Shown in pieces: positions 1-9,475 of a stretch of DNA of 64,000 nucleotides (positions are counted from its first letter, which is position 1; every line of letters begins with the position of its first letter). The position numbers were made by a program, and so were the translations under genes. Origin of the DNA: a virus (Duplodnaviria > Caudoviricetes); the IMG/VR virus record IMGVR_UViG_3300045391_003317, positions 6,720 to 70,719 of that record. The stretch is one strand, 5' to 3'. The notes beneath the pieces are model-generated. The model was given only the letters and a program-made list of their open reading frames with translations, made no database searches and was not told the DNA's origin.

Positions 1-4
1 CACG

Positions 5-337
5 GTGAAATCCAGCGACTCCGAAACGGCGTCCGTCGTGACGCCGACACTAAAGGCTCTCAACGCGCTGCCGTACGTTGTTGCGGAGCGTCTGCATGCC
101 GGTCGCGTGAAGAACGGCAAGATGCGGTTAGCGTCGGCGGGCAGCCCCGATATCGTCAGCTGCATCGCGGGGGTCACTGTGTTTTTTGAGGGAAAAACCG
201 CAATCGGGCGGCTTAGTCAGGCTCAGATCAAATGGCACGAGCGAGCCCGCAACGCCGGCGCGTTCGTGCAAGTTATTCGATCGCCGGCGGAGGCGGTCGA
301 GGTGGCGAAGGCGTTGTTTGGGAAAGGGAGGACGTAG
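5..337 (+). CDS. VRR-NUC (PD-(D/E)XK) nuclease, possibly 5' partial
   Basis: GSPDI...FFEGKT..GRLSQAQIKW...GAFVQVIRS pattern typical of VRR-NUC. Confidence 0.8.
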   Translation: MKSSDSETASVVTPTLKALNALPYVVAERLHAGRVKNGKMRLASAGSPDIVSCIAGVTVFFEGKTAIGRLSQAQIKWHERARNAGAFVQVIRSPAEAVEVAKALFGKGRT

Positions 338-736
338 ATGAGTGCGATGGAATTTGACGAGGAGTATTTCGCTAGACCAGGCATTGTGGACGCGCCGCTT
401 GCATCGAGTCCACGTCCAATCGCGCCGCCATTCGAGCATCGTCCGCCGCGAGATATTCTGCTCGACGTCTGCCGAACGTTCGGCGTCACGCTGGGCTCAC
501 TCGTCGGCAAGGAACGGCACAAGAGCATTGTGCGGGCTCGCCACGCGGCGTATTGGCTGCTTAGACGCGCGAAGCTTTCGTTCCCGGAGATCGGGCGCGA
601 GGTAGGCAAACGCGACCACACAACGATCATGAGCGGCGTGCGGCATGCAGAGAAGCTGCGCGTTAGTGACCCGCTGTTTGCAATGGCGATTGAGGGGATC
701 GTTGGGCCGAGCGCGGATGTGAAGGGGGCGGCGTGA
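338..736 (+). CDS. DnaA C-terminal (domain IV)-like HTH protein
   Basis: VRARHAAYWLLR...LSFPEIGREVGKRDHTTIMSGVR matches the DnaA domain IV signature; no AAA domain. Confidence 0.85.
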   Translation: MSAMEFDEEYFARPGIVDAPLASSPRPIAPPFEHRPPRDILLDVCRTFGVTLGSLVGKERHKSIVRARHAAYWLLRRAKLSFPEIGREVGKRDHTTIMSGVRHAEKLRVSDPLFAMAIEGIVGPSADVKGAA

Positions 737-2853
737 GTCGTCACATCGACGAGTCGACGCGCCTGGATGTTCTGCTTGGTAGCGGCGGGCGCTGTTCCGA
801 ATGCGGGACAACGGACGGGCCGTTTCATTTTGATCACAACGAGATTCCGCATTCGGTCCTACCTGTGAACGAGTCTTGGAATCTGCGTGTCACATGTAGG
901 AAATGCAATTTGCGTAAGGGAGCGAAGATGGCGAGATTTGCGATCAACCGTAGCGAGATGAGGGAGTATCAAAATAACGGTTTCACGGCGCTGTGCAACT
1001 TCCCGTGGTTAGCGGCATCCGGCGAAAGACAGGCCGCGTTGCTCTATTTCGGAACCGGTTCAGGTAAGACATGGGAGGGACTCGCGTATGGGTTTCATGT
1101 GGCATCAGAAACGGGGAAGCCGGTCATTATCGTCACGCCAGGAAAGAAGACCGCGGAACGTTACCGCGATGACTGGATTAAGGCGCGCGGCAAGCTGGTA
1201 CTTGGGAAGGACATGCCCGAGAAGTTGCCCGTATTGATGGGCGGCTCAGCGAAGGCGGATCTGGCTGTAGCGATTCACTCGAGCCCGGTCGTCATCATGA
1301 CGGTGATGTACCTCGTGAATAGAATCCGCACTGCCAAGCCAGGGTCGCAGCTCCATAAGCTTTTGGCCGGGATCGGTGCACTGATCATTGACGAGGGGCA
1401 CCATATCGCGGCCGGAACGTGGCGCGAAATTGTGGACGGAATTCCGTGCGAGCGAATTGTTTACATGACCGGCACGCCCTTTCGTCATGACAACGAATTG
1501 CTCCCATTGGTTCCGTACGAGGAGCGCGACATCGGGAACGGTAAGCGCGAATTCCGATTGCGCGACGTTGCGGAAATCACCGAGATACTCGCCGCCAGGT
1601 ACACGCTTGCTGATGCAGTATTCCAGAAAGTAGTTAAGCGCGTGTCGCCCGAGTCTGGGATTGCGCCTGTGGACGCCACTGCGCTGAAGGCAGGTGATTT
1701 CGAAGCGAGCTCGCTTGATGCCCTAAAGAGAGCAGTCGCTAAAGCGGACCGCGCGGTAAACGTATTCGAGCAGTCGATCGTAATCAGGGAGACGCTAAAG
1801 CTCGCCTTCCAGAAGATGCAATCTGTCAGGAGGACATACCGCATCGGGAAGAAGTGGACGGCCATCTGCAAAGCAAGAACTATCGACGACGCCAAGATAA
1901 TCGCGAGGGTTGCGAATGAAGTCGGTTGGAGCGCCGTCGTTTATCACTCCACCGCAGCTGCGGAAGCGGAGGAGGAGAGCCTTCCGGTCGACGTTGCAGA
2001 AAATCTGCGTCGATTCGAAGATCAAAACGACGATGCGGACTTGTGCGTTCAGGTGAACGCGCTGAATGAAGGTTACGACAATCCGAGCATATGCGTGTGC
2101 ATTTGGCTCTGTAACGTAGAATCCAAAGTCACCAGAGATCAGTTCAACGGTCGAGGGCTGCGGCTGTACCCGGGCTTCACTCAAGAGCAGCACCCGCCGC
2201 TGACGCTCATTTATCCGAACGTGCGCCCATTGTCTGCGCTGATGCAAGAGTATGTAGAAATGGCAAACGATATGACGTTCGTCGTGTTGCCTCCCAAGGC
2301 CGGACCCACTGGGCCAGGCGACGAAGATGAGCTTCGGTGGATCGATATCGAAAAGGGAGAGTTCTTTATGCTTGGCCAGGAACAGTTTTGGGAGGAGGTA
2401 AAACTAGAAAAGGACCCGGTAACAAGGGCCGTTCAGAAGATTATTGGTAGCACGGAAGTGGACGCAGCGTTTCGTATTCGACTCGAAGAAAAGATTCGTA
2501 GCGGCGAGATCCAAGTTCAGGGATTCGATACCGTTGGCAAGTCCGCGATGCCGTCCGGACCGGAGGAAACGAAGCGCGTCGCGACCGAGAAGATGCGTCA
2601 GATATCGCACTTTCTCAGGACCAACGGAGCTGATGCGCGTCGCGGACGATCAGACCGTAACTGGGAGGCTCTCGTTGCTAAGTCGGCAAACATTGCGCGC
2701 AACGACATGTGGCCGGGAACAGAGAGGATGTTCAGCAATCCGAACTTGGATCTGAAACAGCTGGCAGAATTCCTTGATGCCGACATCAGCAAGATCCAGC
2801 TATATGCACTGAAAAGGCTGCGCGAGCTGGACAAGCGAGGTCTTTGCCGATGA
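733..2853 (+). CDS. HNH nuclease-SF2 (DExH, ResIII-like) helicase fusion
   Basis: N-terminal CSECG...FDH...NLRVTCRKCN; helicase motifs GTGSGKT, DEGHH, TGTP, LNEGYDNPSI, QFNGRGLR. Confidence 0.85.
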   Translation: MSRHIDESTRLDVLLGSGGRCSECGTTDGPFHFDHNEIPHSVLPVNESWNLRVTCRKCNLRKGAKMARFAINRSEMREYQNNGFTALCNFPWLAASGERQAALLYFGTGSGKTWEGLAYGFHVASETGKPVIIVTPGKKTAERYRDDWIKARGKLVLGKDMPEKLPVLMGGSAKADLAVAIHSSPVVIMTVMYLVNRIRTAKPGSQLHKLLAGIGALIIDEGHHIAAGTWREIVDGIPCERIVYMTGTPFRHDNELLPLVPYEERDIGNGKREFRLRDVAEITEILAARYTLADAVFQKVVKRVSPESGIAPVDATALKAGDFEASSLDALKRAVAKADRAVNVFEQSIVIRETLKLAFQKMQSVRRTYRIGKKWTAICKARTIDDAKIIARVANEVGWSAVVYHSTAAAEAEEESLPVDVAENLRRFEDQNDDADLCVQVNALNEGYDNPSICVCIWLCNVESKVTRDQFNGRGLRLYPGFTQEQHPPLTLIYPNVRPLSALMQEYVEMANDMTFVVLPPKAGPTGPGDEDELRWIDIEKGEFFMLGQEQFWEEVKLEKDPVTRAVQKIIGSTEVDAAFRIRLEEKIRSGEIQVQGFDTVGKSAMPSGPEETKRVATEKMRQISHFLRTNGADARRGRSDRNWEALVAKSANIARNDMWPGTERMFSNPNLDLKQLAEFLDADISKIQLYALKRLRELDKRGLCR

Positions 2854-3686
2854 GCCCACGTGGGCACATATCGGAAATGACCGCCGACGAGGCGATGATC
2901 CTCATCGGCAATTTCGCCCAGCGCGTGAAACAGGCGGACGCTGCGGCTCGCCGTGAAGAAGCGAAGATTGGGGTCGAGCTTGGTCGCCTTCCCGAGAACT
3001 CGGTGGAGTACGCGCTCGCGGTGTGCGCACTTGCGAGCCAAGAATTCGAATCGCAACGCGCGCAATTCTCGGAGCTGGTGCGACTGCTTCGCAAGATTCG
3101 TCCTCCACGCGGCAAAGGACGCATGGCGCGTGAACCAATACCGCCGGAGTTCGGCGATATGTGGCCACACGAACGACTTGGTCATCTGAATTGGACGTCG
3201 TTCGTAACAACGAAACGAAGCGGAGAGCGCGACCCGAACAATCCCGAGAAATATATCAAGCCGCCCGGACTCGGATGGGCGAAAGCCTACGAGTCAAACA
3301 TCGCAAAAGGGTTCGAGCAGATCGAGAAACTGGTTCAGCAGGCGATGCCGAATGCGACCCCGGAAGAACGCGACGCCAAAGTTGACGAGGTCACGGCTGG
3401 GGCAGGACCGGACGCGACCTTCGCGATGGGAACCAAAGTTGTTGGGTCCAACAACTTAGACACTGTTGCCGCCCGAGCCGCCGCTGACGCTCTCGCGTCT
3501 GGCGCTGTAGCCGCCGACGACATTCGCGAGCGCGGAGCAGAAGCCTTGACAGACCCGCGCCCAAAAGGCCGCCAGCGTGGCGCCACGGCCGACGTTGACG
3601 GTGTTTTACGGAAAGTCAGCAAGTGGCCTCTCGATGCGGTTCGCGAGCTCGTGTCCCGCCTTGAGCACGAGGTGCTGAGAGCATGA
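2850..3686 (+). CDS. Hypothetical protein translationally coupled to the helicase
   Basis: ATGA overlaps at both ends; about 278 aa. Confidence 0.7.
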   Translation: MSPRGHISEMTADEAMILIGNFAQRVKQADAAARREEAKIGVELGRLPENSVEYALAVCALASQEFESQRAQFSELVRLLRKIRPPRGKGRMAREPIPPEFGDMWPHERLGHLNWTSFVTTKRSGERDPNNPEKYIKPPGLGWAKAYESNIAKGFEQIEKLVQQAMPNATPEERDAKVDEVTAGAGPDATFAMGTKVVGSNNLDTVAARAAADALASGAVAADDIRERGAEALTDPRPKGRQRGATADVDGVLRKVSKWPLDAVRELVSRLEHEVLRA

Positions 3687-4717
3687 GCACCGACTGGGAA
3701 AACGAAGACTTCCGGAAGCTCTACGAGCATCCCCCGCCGGAGTTCGAACGCCTCCCGTTCGAAGCCCGCTGCCTCGCCGCCGAGATTTTGCGTCGGTGCG
3801 ATCGACGCGGCCGGGTCATCCCTGGCTCCGAATTTTCCCAAAATTTGATCCAAGATTTTGCGTTTCATGTCCGGGCTCACACTGGTGAGGTCGCATTTTT
3901 AGAGCGTGCACTGGCTGCTCTGATGAGCGACGACCCGGACCCGGAGCGCTGCTACCTCGTCTTTCGGGACGGGTATTTAACCGTACGTAATTTCAGCAAA
4001 GCTCAGCGTTCAGAGAGCGCCATTCGGATGGCCAGGAAACGTCAGCGGGACGCTTGCACAGGCGGCGTCGAAAGCGGTTTCGAGGACGGTGACGCATGTG
4101 ACGACAAAACGTCACGTGACGCACCTTCTGGTCTGGTCTGGTCTGGTCTTATTTCTGAATCTGAAGATCGGAAGAAGTTCTCAGAAGGGAAAGATCTAAC
4201 AGGCACAGAAAAAAGCGCGAAAACCGGCCCATACAAATCCGACGAGGAACGGGAAGTTTTCGAATATTGGGCCGCGAAACTTTGGCCATTGGCGCACAAG
4301 CACGGGCGGGTGCCGAGGGCTACAGCGTCGCGACTCTCGCGTATTCGGGCTCGATTGCGAGAGGGCTATAGCGTCGCCGACCTGAAGCGCGTTGTCGACG
4401 CAGTCGCGGAAAGCAAATGGCATCTCGGAGAAAACCCGAATGGCATTTTTTACATCGAGTTCGAGACGATTTTTCAAAACGCCGAAACTGTCGACGGGTG
4501 GCTAACCAAGCGCGCAGGCAAAGCGCCCGGACTCGTTGAGCACGAAAAAAACCTAAGCGAAGCCGACGCGCACTTGCTTGAAGCAATCAAAAACGGGCAC
4601 CACGACAAGCGTTCACAGGAGCTCGCGCGCGCCGGAAAGCTCAACCTCGCGCGCTGGAAAGAATGGAAACGCGAGCAGAACGCAAAGGCGATTGGCAAGA
4701 ACGGAGCGACCGGATGA
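3683..4717 (+). CDS. Putative phage replication initiator
   Basis: N-terminal wHTH-like region, low-complexity iteron-bearing middle, C-terminal VFEYW..RLSRIRARLREGYSVADLKRVVD..W segment resembling the conserved phage C-terminal domain. Confidence 0.7.
   Translation: MSTDWENEDFRKLYEHPPPEFERLPFEARCLAAEILRRCDRRGRVIPGSEFSQNLIQDFAFHVRAHTGEVAFLERALAALMSDDPDPERCYLVFRDGYLTVRNFSKAQRSESAIRMARKRQRDACTGGVESGFEDGDACDDKTSRDAPSGLVWSGLISESEDRKKFSEGKDLTGTEKSAKTGPYKSDEEREVFEYWAAKLWPLAHKHGRVPRATASRLSRIRARLREGYSVADLKRVVDAVAESKWHLGENPNGIFYIEFETIFQNAETVDGWLTKRAGKAPGLVEHEKNLSEADAHLLEAIKNGHHDKRSQELARAGKLNLARWKEWKREQNAKAIGKNGATG
4089..4149. repeat. Iteron-like repeats in the initiator gene (candidate origin)
   Basis: GTGACG at 4089, 4098, 4116, inverted CGTCAC at 4110; (TCTGG)x4 at 4127-4146. 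Confidence 0.55.
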
Positions 4718-4917
4718 ATTACCTCGCCTTCGACCCCACCACCCACGCCCCTCTCGGCAAGAGGCGCGACAGCGTCTGCGAATCGTGCGGCACCCCCGCG
4801 ACCGTCCTCGTCGTCTTCGAGCGGTTCAGAAAGCAGGGCAAGGCGATGCTCTGTAGACTTTGCTCCGCGCATCCTGTTGGCCCATCTGCGGACAGCGGCG
4901 AGGAGGGGAGACTGTGA
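4714..4917 (+). CDS. Small Cys-pair (Zn ribbon-like) protein
   Basis: CESC..CRLC; ATGA overlap. Confidence 0.55.
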   Translation: MNYLAFDPTTHAPLGKRRDSVCESCGTPATVLVVFERFRKQGKAMLCRLCSAHPVGPSADSGEEGRL

Positions 4918-5084
4918 GCAACGTTTCTTTCGTCGGCTTTCTGCTTGTGCTCGTTCTGACGACCATGACTGCGAGCAGGCATGCGGCTGCAACCGGTGAC
5001 ACGTCGTGGCTCTTCGCCATTTCGTTGTTGCTCTTGATCGCGCTGCCATTGATCTCGATCGCGGAAAGGTTGAAGCGGGCATGA
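4914..5084 (+). CDS. Small two-TM membrane protein
   Basis: Two hydrophobic stretches; GTGA overlap. Confidence 0.55.
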   Translation: MSNVSFVGFLLVLVLTTMTASRHAAATGDTSWLFAISLLLLIALPLISIAERLKRA

Positions 5085-5103
5085 CCGCAACGGAGCAAAC
5101 CAA

Positions 5104-5502
5104 ATGAAACTCGAGCAGTTCGAAAAACTAGTGGCACGTATCAACCCGTGGAGAGACGAGGAGTCCAAGCGCTATACCCATCGCGTCGGCTGTCCGTTCG
5201 CGATCCGATACATCGAAGGCGGCACAACGGATGCGCGGCGAATGTTTTGGCACGTCATGCTGACGTTGGAGTATTTCACTGCCGACACCGGTCGTTTGTG
5301 CGTCGACAGTGACGGTTTGCGCGGCTACTCGTTCGGCGAGGGAGATACTCTTGAGGCGGCGTTGGATGATTTTGTGAACAAGTACGTTTTGCAATTGAAA
5401 GAGCGTCAAGAACACGCGCGAGAGAAAGCCAAGAAAATGAGTGACGAGGCTGCGGAGCAATTGCGGGCCGTCGAAGAGATTCTCGGAGAGCCGAAACAAT
5501 GA
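5104..5502 (+). CDS. Hypothetical phage protein
   Basis: GGAG RBS, 132 aa, C-terminal coiled coil. Confidence 0.65.
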   Translation: MKLEQFEKLVARINPWRDEESKRYTHRVGCPFAIRYIEGGTTDARRMFWHVMLTLEYFTADTGRLCVDSDGLRGYSFGEGDTLEAALDDFVNKYVLQLKERQEHAREKAKKMSDEAAEQLRAVEEILGEPKQ

Positions 5503-6035
5503 ACTCACACGACCGCCGTTACCTGCTCGGCGAAGAGCCAGTCCCGATCCTGCCCGGTGAAGCGCGAATGGAAGTGCCAGCGAGTGCGCTTATCGGCGCC
5601 GTCATCGTGCCGCATGGTTGCACTCAGCTTCAGGCAGTAATTAGCGAGTCAGGAGCGCGCATCGACCTACCCGCCGGCATTCGAGCAATCGCGCAACCGG
5701 ATGGCGGTGTGATGCTCGAGCTCGAGACGGCGGCGGGGCCGGGGGTTGCGGTCTCGAGTCATGCCTGGGTCCCCGTCGCTGGCGGTCGCATGCCGAACAT
5801 GGGCGAAGAGGTACTCGTTTGGACGCATCGCGGTTACCTGGATTTGTTCAAGTGGGATCGCAAACGGAACGCCGATGACTGCACCGAGATGTGTTGGTGG
5901 GCGCGCGACGAGCGAATTAAGAACGAGGATTGGTATCCGGCGTCGATCGTTCCCGCATACTGGGCAAGCATTCGATTGCCAGACGGGATCGTGAATCATT
6001 GGGGGCGAGTGCCGGAGAGGACGGAGGAACGATGA
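5499..6035 (+). CDS. Hypothetical protein with DUF551-like C-terminus
   Basis: WVPVAGGRMPNMGEEVLVW...YW pattern. Confidence 0.55.
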   Translation: MNSHDRRYLLGEEPVPILPGEARMEVPASALIGAVIVPHGCTQLQAVISESGARIDLPAGIRAIAQPDGGVMLELETAAGPGVAVSSHAWVPVAGGRMPNMGEEVLVWTHRGYLDLFKWDRKRNADDCTEMCWWARDERIKNEDWYPASIVPAYWASIRLPDGIVNHWGRVPERTEER

Positions 6036-6286
6036 AGCGCCGCAAAGCGAAACCAATGCTCGAGATCATGCGGTGCAAGCCAGCATCTGGCGTCACTGTT
6101 ATCTCGACGGCTGACGAGTATCGGCAGTACTTCGGAAGCAACCCGTCGGCGCACATGTTCGCGCCAGCGCGTGTCTACGTGATACCGGTCGCACATCATC
6201 CATCGGTGCGGCTCGACGCGAAGTGCAGAGCGCGTGATCTGTTCGACGCGCCGGTGCAGGAGGTTCAAAAAGAAAAGCCGCGCTGA
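6032..6286 (+). CDS. Hypothetical phage protein
   Basis: GGAGG RBS, ATGA overlap. Confidence 0.55.
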   Translation: MKRRKAKPMLEIMRCKPASGVTVISTADEYRQYFGSNPSAHMFAPARVYVIPVAHHPSVRLDAKCRARDLFDAPVQEVQKEKPR

Positions 6287-6306
6287 GCACGGCCTTTCGA
6301 GACGCT

Positions 6307-7185
6307 GTGGCGGCGGTCTTGGAAGGAACATATCCCATGCAATCGGTTAGCAAGCAACTAATCCCGCAACAGCCAGCCATTCGTTTCACGTTGCCGCCAC
6401 ACGAGGAAGCGGATCTCTCGTGGTACTTCGGTCCAGGCTCCGCATACTTCGAGCGTTCGACATTCGGCGCTCAGCTCACGATATGTGAGCAATTAGCGTA
6501 TGAATCGATGTTGTGCACGGCATGCGCCGGGCTCGGATTCACGGAGCTAAGCGCCGCCGAGATCGTCAAGCGAGCCAAGCGGATCGATGAGCTCGCTGCA
6601 TCGATATCGGATCGGCTCCGCACAATCGACGATCCGGAAGAGCGTGAGCGCGAGAAAGCCCGCATGGATCGCGAACGGACGAAGCTCACGAAAGAAACGG
6701 TGTGCACCGCGTGCGAAGGCCTGAAGGTTGAATCAAAAAAAATCCATCGCCACGATCGCCCGCTCGACGCCAAGCCAAAGAAAAAAGAAGACAACGAGCC
6801 GAAGAACGAGCCCGAGGACTGGGCGCTTTGTCGGTACGCCCGCGTCTGCCGCCGACTCGACTCGCTGCCAGAGCAAGCCGTCAACGTCCTGCGCCTGTAT
6901 TACGGCGATATCGGCTCACGCTGGGCAGGCGAACGGGAAGGCCGATTGCTCGCGCTGTATGCCCTTACGCCGCCGGGAAAGAAGCTCGCACGGCGCGGAC
7001 TCTCGAAAGACGAATCGGACGCACTGGAAGGCCTCGGGGTGCGCCCGGACCAAAGCGTGGTGAATCAGTGCAACGCCCAGCGGCTCAAGTCAGACTCGAC
7101 GCGCGGAAAGCTCCTGCTCGAAGCCCGCGAGCAATCCAAAAAGCTCCTATCCGAGGCTGCCAAAGCGTGGGAGTTGACGCGGTGA
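6307..7185 (+). CDS. Putative late-gene regulator/antiterminator (Q-like) with split Zn finger
   Basis: CTACAGLG and CTACEGL motifs; last large gene before the terminases. Confidence 0.5.
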   Translation: MAAVLEGTYPMQSVSKQLIPQQPAIRFTLPPHEEADLSWYFGPGSAYFERSTFGAQLTICEQLAYESMLCTACAGLGFTELSAAEIVKRAKRIDELAASISDRLRTIDDPEEREREKARMDRERTKLTKETVCTACEGLKVESKKIHRHDRPLDAKPKKKEDNEPKNEPEDWALCRYARVCRRLDSLPEQAVNVLRLYYGDIGSRWAGEREGRLLALYALTPPGKKLARRGLSKDESDALEGLGVRPDQSVVNQCNAQRLKSDSTRGKLLLEAREQSKKLLSEAAKAWELTR

Positions 7186-7379
7186 GCAAAGAGCCTACCT
7201 ACATCACGCTACGTGAGCTCTCTGACCTCATGGGATGGCGTTGGAAAGAGAAAACGCTGCGATGGGCCAAGCGCGAAAAAGTGGTCTTCAAGGTGGCCGG
7301 ACGGTGGGTCACCACTAAAGAAAAAATAATTGCCGTGTTTCCGGAAGCTTTGGACAAGTTGCAACGTGAGGCCGAGTAA
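7182..7379 (+). CDS. Small excisionase/MerR-like HTH protein
   Basis: YITLRELSDLMGW...AGRWVTT; GTGA overlap. Confidence 0.6.
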   Translation: MSKEPTYITLRELSDLMGWRWKEKTLRWAKREKVVFKVAGRWVTTKEKIIAVFPEALDKLQREAE

Positions 7380-7403
7380 CGCGCGCGCGTTAGGTCGCGT
7401 TAC
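7377..7403. promoter_or_regulatory. 16-bp perfect palindrome plus extra half-site at the early/late boundary
   Basis: TAACGCGCGCGCGTTA 7377-7392, then CGCGTTAC. Confidence 0.35.
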
Positions 7404-7473
7404 GAATGTGCGAAATCAAAGATAGGCGCGCGCCACCTGCCAGACCCGGCAAAGGCGCTGCCAAAAATCTGCC

Positions 7474-7641
7474 GTGTCCGATCCCCAACGCGCCCAGCGC
7501 GATCTCGCCCGCCGACTCGAAATCCTCGCCGACATGCGCGAATGTGCGCAGGTGGAGACGATGGTTGATGCACAGCGGGAACGGCGGCAGGAGCGGGAAC
7601 GGCTGGCAACAAAACGAATAGCGCAACAAGCCCCGACGTGA
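7474..7641 (+). CDS. Small charged helical protein (not in the ORF track)
   Basis: GTG start; MSDPQRAQRDLARRLEILADMRECAQVETMVDAQRERRQERERLATKRIAQQAPT. Confidence 0.4.
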   Translation: MSDPQRAQRDLARRLEILADMRECAQVETMVDAQRERRQERERLATKRIAQQAPT

Positions 7642-7689
7642 ACGTCCACGGGAAAAAGACGGTAAACGGGAGCGAGGAGTGCGAAGACA

Positions 7690-8145
7690 ATGGCGCCAAC
7701 TCCGCCGGAAGTCGAAGCGGAATTTCGAAAGCATTACTTGGTTCGCGGCTCAATTCGAGCAGCGGCCCGACAGGTAGGAATTTCGCACTCGACCGGGCAG
7801 GACCTTGCGACGAGGGCGAACGCGGATCCGGCGTTCTGCCAAATCCGGGCAGATATGTACACGCGGCTGCTTCCCGACGGGGAGCGTATGCTCCGCGAGG
7901 CAATGGAAATCGCGCTCGACCGGATCGAAACAGAGCCCGAGACGCCGAAGGATCTTGCTGAGATCGGCGCGGGCAAAATCTCGATACAGGATCCGAGGCC
8001 GGCGTACTTCAGAGGCCTCGTTGATGCATACAAGGTCATCACGGCAAATCGAAAGCTTGACGACAAGAGCGAAGAGTCAAAGCCCGTCGAAGTTCACGTG
8101 CACCTGAAGCCTGAAAAGCCAGAGCCAGATGACGGCAACGGCTAG
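7690..8145 (+). CDS. terS: Terminase small subunit
   Basis: N-terminal HTH (SIRAAARQVGISHST); directly upstream of TerL. Confidence 0.75.
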   Translation: MAPTPPEVEAEFRKHYLVRGSIRAAARQVGISHSTGQDLATRANADPAFCQIRADMYTRLLPDGERMLREAMEIALDRIETEPETPKDLAEIGAGKISIQDPRPAYFRGLVDAYKVITANRKLDDKSEESKPVEVHVHLKPEKPEPDDGNG

Positions 8146-9475
8146 GCGGATCGATCTCAATCTCAACGTTCCGCAGTCGAAAGCGTACGCAGCACTCGAG
8201 CCGCGCAAGACGATCGCAATCCCATGGGGACGCGGAGTCGGCAAGAGCTGGTTCATTCGCGCGATCGCGTTTTTGCTTGTTGCTCAGTGGCGCAACAGGG
8301 TTCGAGCGAACGCGCTGAAGCCCTTTCGCGGCGTCCGCATCGTCGTCCTGATGCCGACCTTGAAGCAATTCAAGGATGTGCATGGGCTCGCAATCGAACG
8401 CGAGAACGACGAGGACTGGAGCTATCTCGGCGGCAAGCTAGACCGTACGACGTGGCAAATACGATTTCCTGACGGTAGCTGGATCCAGCCGTTTCCAGCA
8501 GAGCTCCACAACTCGAAGCGAGCTCGTGGATTACGGTGCGATGTCGTCCTCACCGACGAAACCGACGACATCGACCGCGACGTATTCGAGAGCGTGGCTC
8601 GCCCATGGTTCTCTGAGCCGTGGTCGCTGAAGATTAGACTTTGCGGCGGAACGCCGACGCGCGGTCGCCATGGGCTGCTGTTTCATCTGCATCGGCTCGG
8701 ACAGAGCGCGGAGACATCAGCAGAACGATATCTGACGTTTCACGCGACGTATCGCGATGCGCCGGAGACGGTAGACGCGGACGAAGTCGAAGACGCGCGG
8801 CTCAATTCGCCGAAGGCCACATTCGAACGCGAATGGGAGTGCAACTTTGATGCAGGCGAAGGCCTGGTCTACCCGTTCGATGAAAACTTTCACATCAAGA
8901 GTCCGCCTCCTGGATTCCAATTCGACGAGTACATCGTCGGCATGGACCACGGCACAGTCGACGCAGGCGTCTTGCTGCGCGGTGGAGTAAGCGGATACGG
9001 CAACGAAGCCACGCTGTGGCTTCTCGAAGAGCACTACGAGACGCACTGCCCGAATCACATCTGGAATAAGCGCGCACTCGAATGGAAAGACGCCAGGTTC
9101 TTCCCTGATTCGAGCAGGCTCGATCGCATCGAAGATCTTCGCGCACTCGGTCTCGATGTGCAGCAGGTCGATCGAGGGCCAGGCTCGATCAATGCCGGCA
9201 TAGCGCGCGTCGCAGACCTTTTATTCATTCGCACTCGCGAGGAAACAGGGCCTGCGTTCCAACCTGTTGTACGAAAATTCGCGCGTCTGTTCGTCTCACC
9301 GAAGTGTGTGAACACGATTCGGGAGTTCGGGCTGTACCGATGGATTAAACGTACCGACGGTACTTTCGAGGATAAACCAGAAGATCGTAATAACCACGCG
9401 ATGGACGCGCTCCGCTACATGGCGGTAGGTCGTTTCGGTCGTCTGCCGAGTCATCGTCACGAAACGCCGCGCTGA
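8129..9475 (+). CDS. terL: Terminase large subunit
   Basis: WGRGVGKS Walker A, VLTDETDD Walker B, GGTP, nuclease GMDHG and NNHAMDALRY. Confidence 0.95.
   Translation: MTATARRIDLNLNVPQSKAYAALEPRKTIAIPWGRGVGKSWFIRAIAFLLVAQWRNRVRANALKPFRGVRIVVLMPTLKQFKDVHGLAIERENDEDWSYLGGKLDRTTWQIRFPDGSWIQPFPAELHNSKRARGLRCDVVLTDETDDIDRDVFESVARPWFSEPWSLKIRLCGGTPTRGRHGLLFHLHRLGQSAETSAERYLTFHATYRDAPETVDADEVEDARLNSPKATFEREWECNFDAGEGLVYPFDENFHIKSPPPGFQFDEYIVGMDHGTVDAGVLLRGGVSGYGNEATLWLLEEHYETHCPNHIWNKRALEWKDARFFPDSSRLDRIEDLRALGLDVQQVDRGPGSINAGIARVADLLFIRTREETGPAFQPVVRKFARLFVSPKCVNTIREFGLYRWIKRTDGTFEDKPEDRNNHAMDALRYMAVGRFGRLPSHRHETPR

Noticed and set aside
338-736. Host dnaA/oriC region (with dnaN at 60667)
   Set aside because: Only domain IV is present, the clamp is short, and both are embedded among phage genes
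7182-7379. Excisionase marking an integration module
   Set aside because: No integrase nearby; the position fits a late or packaging regulator
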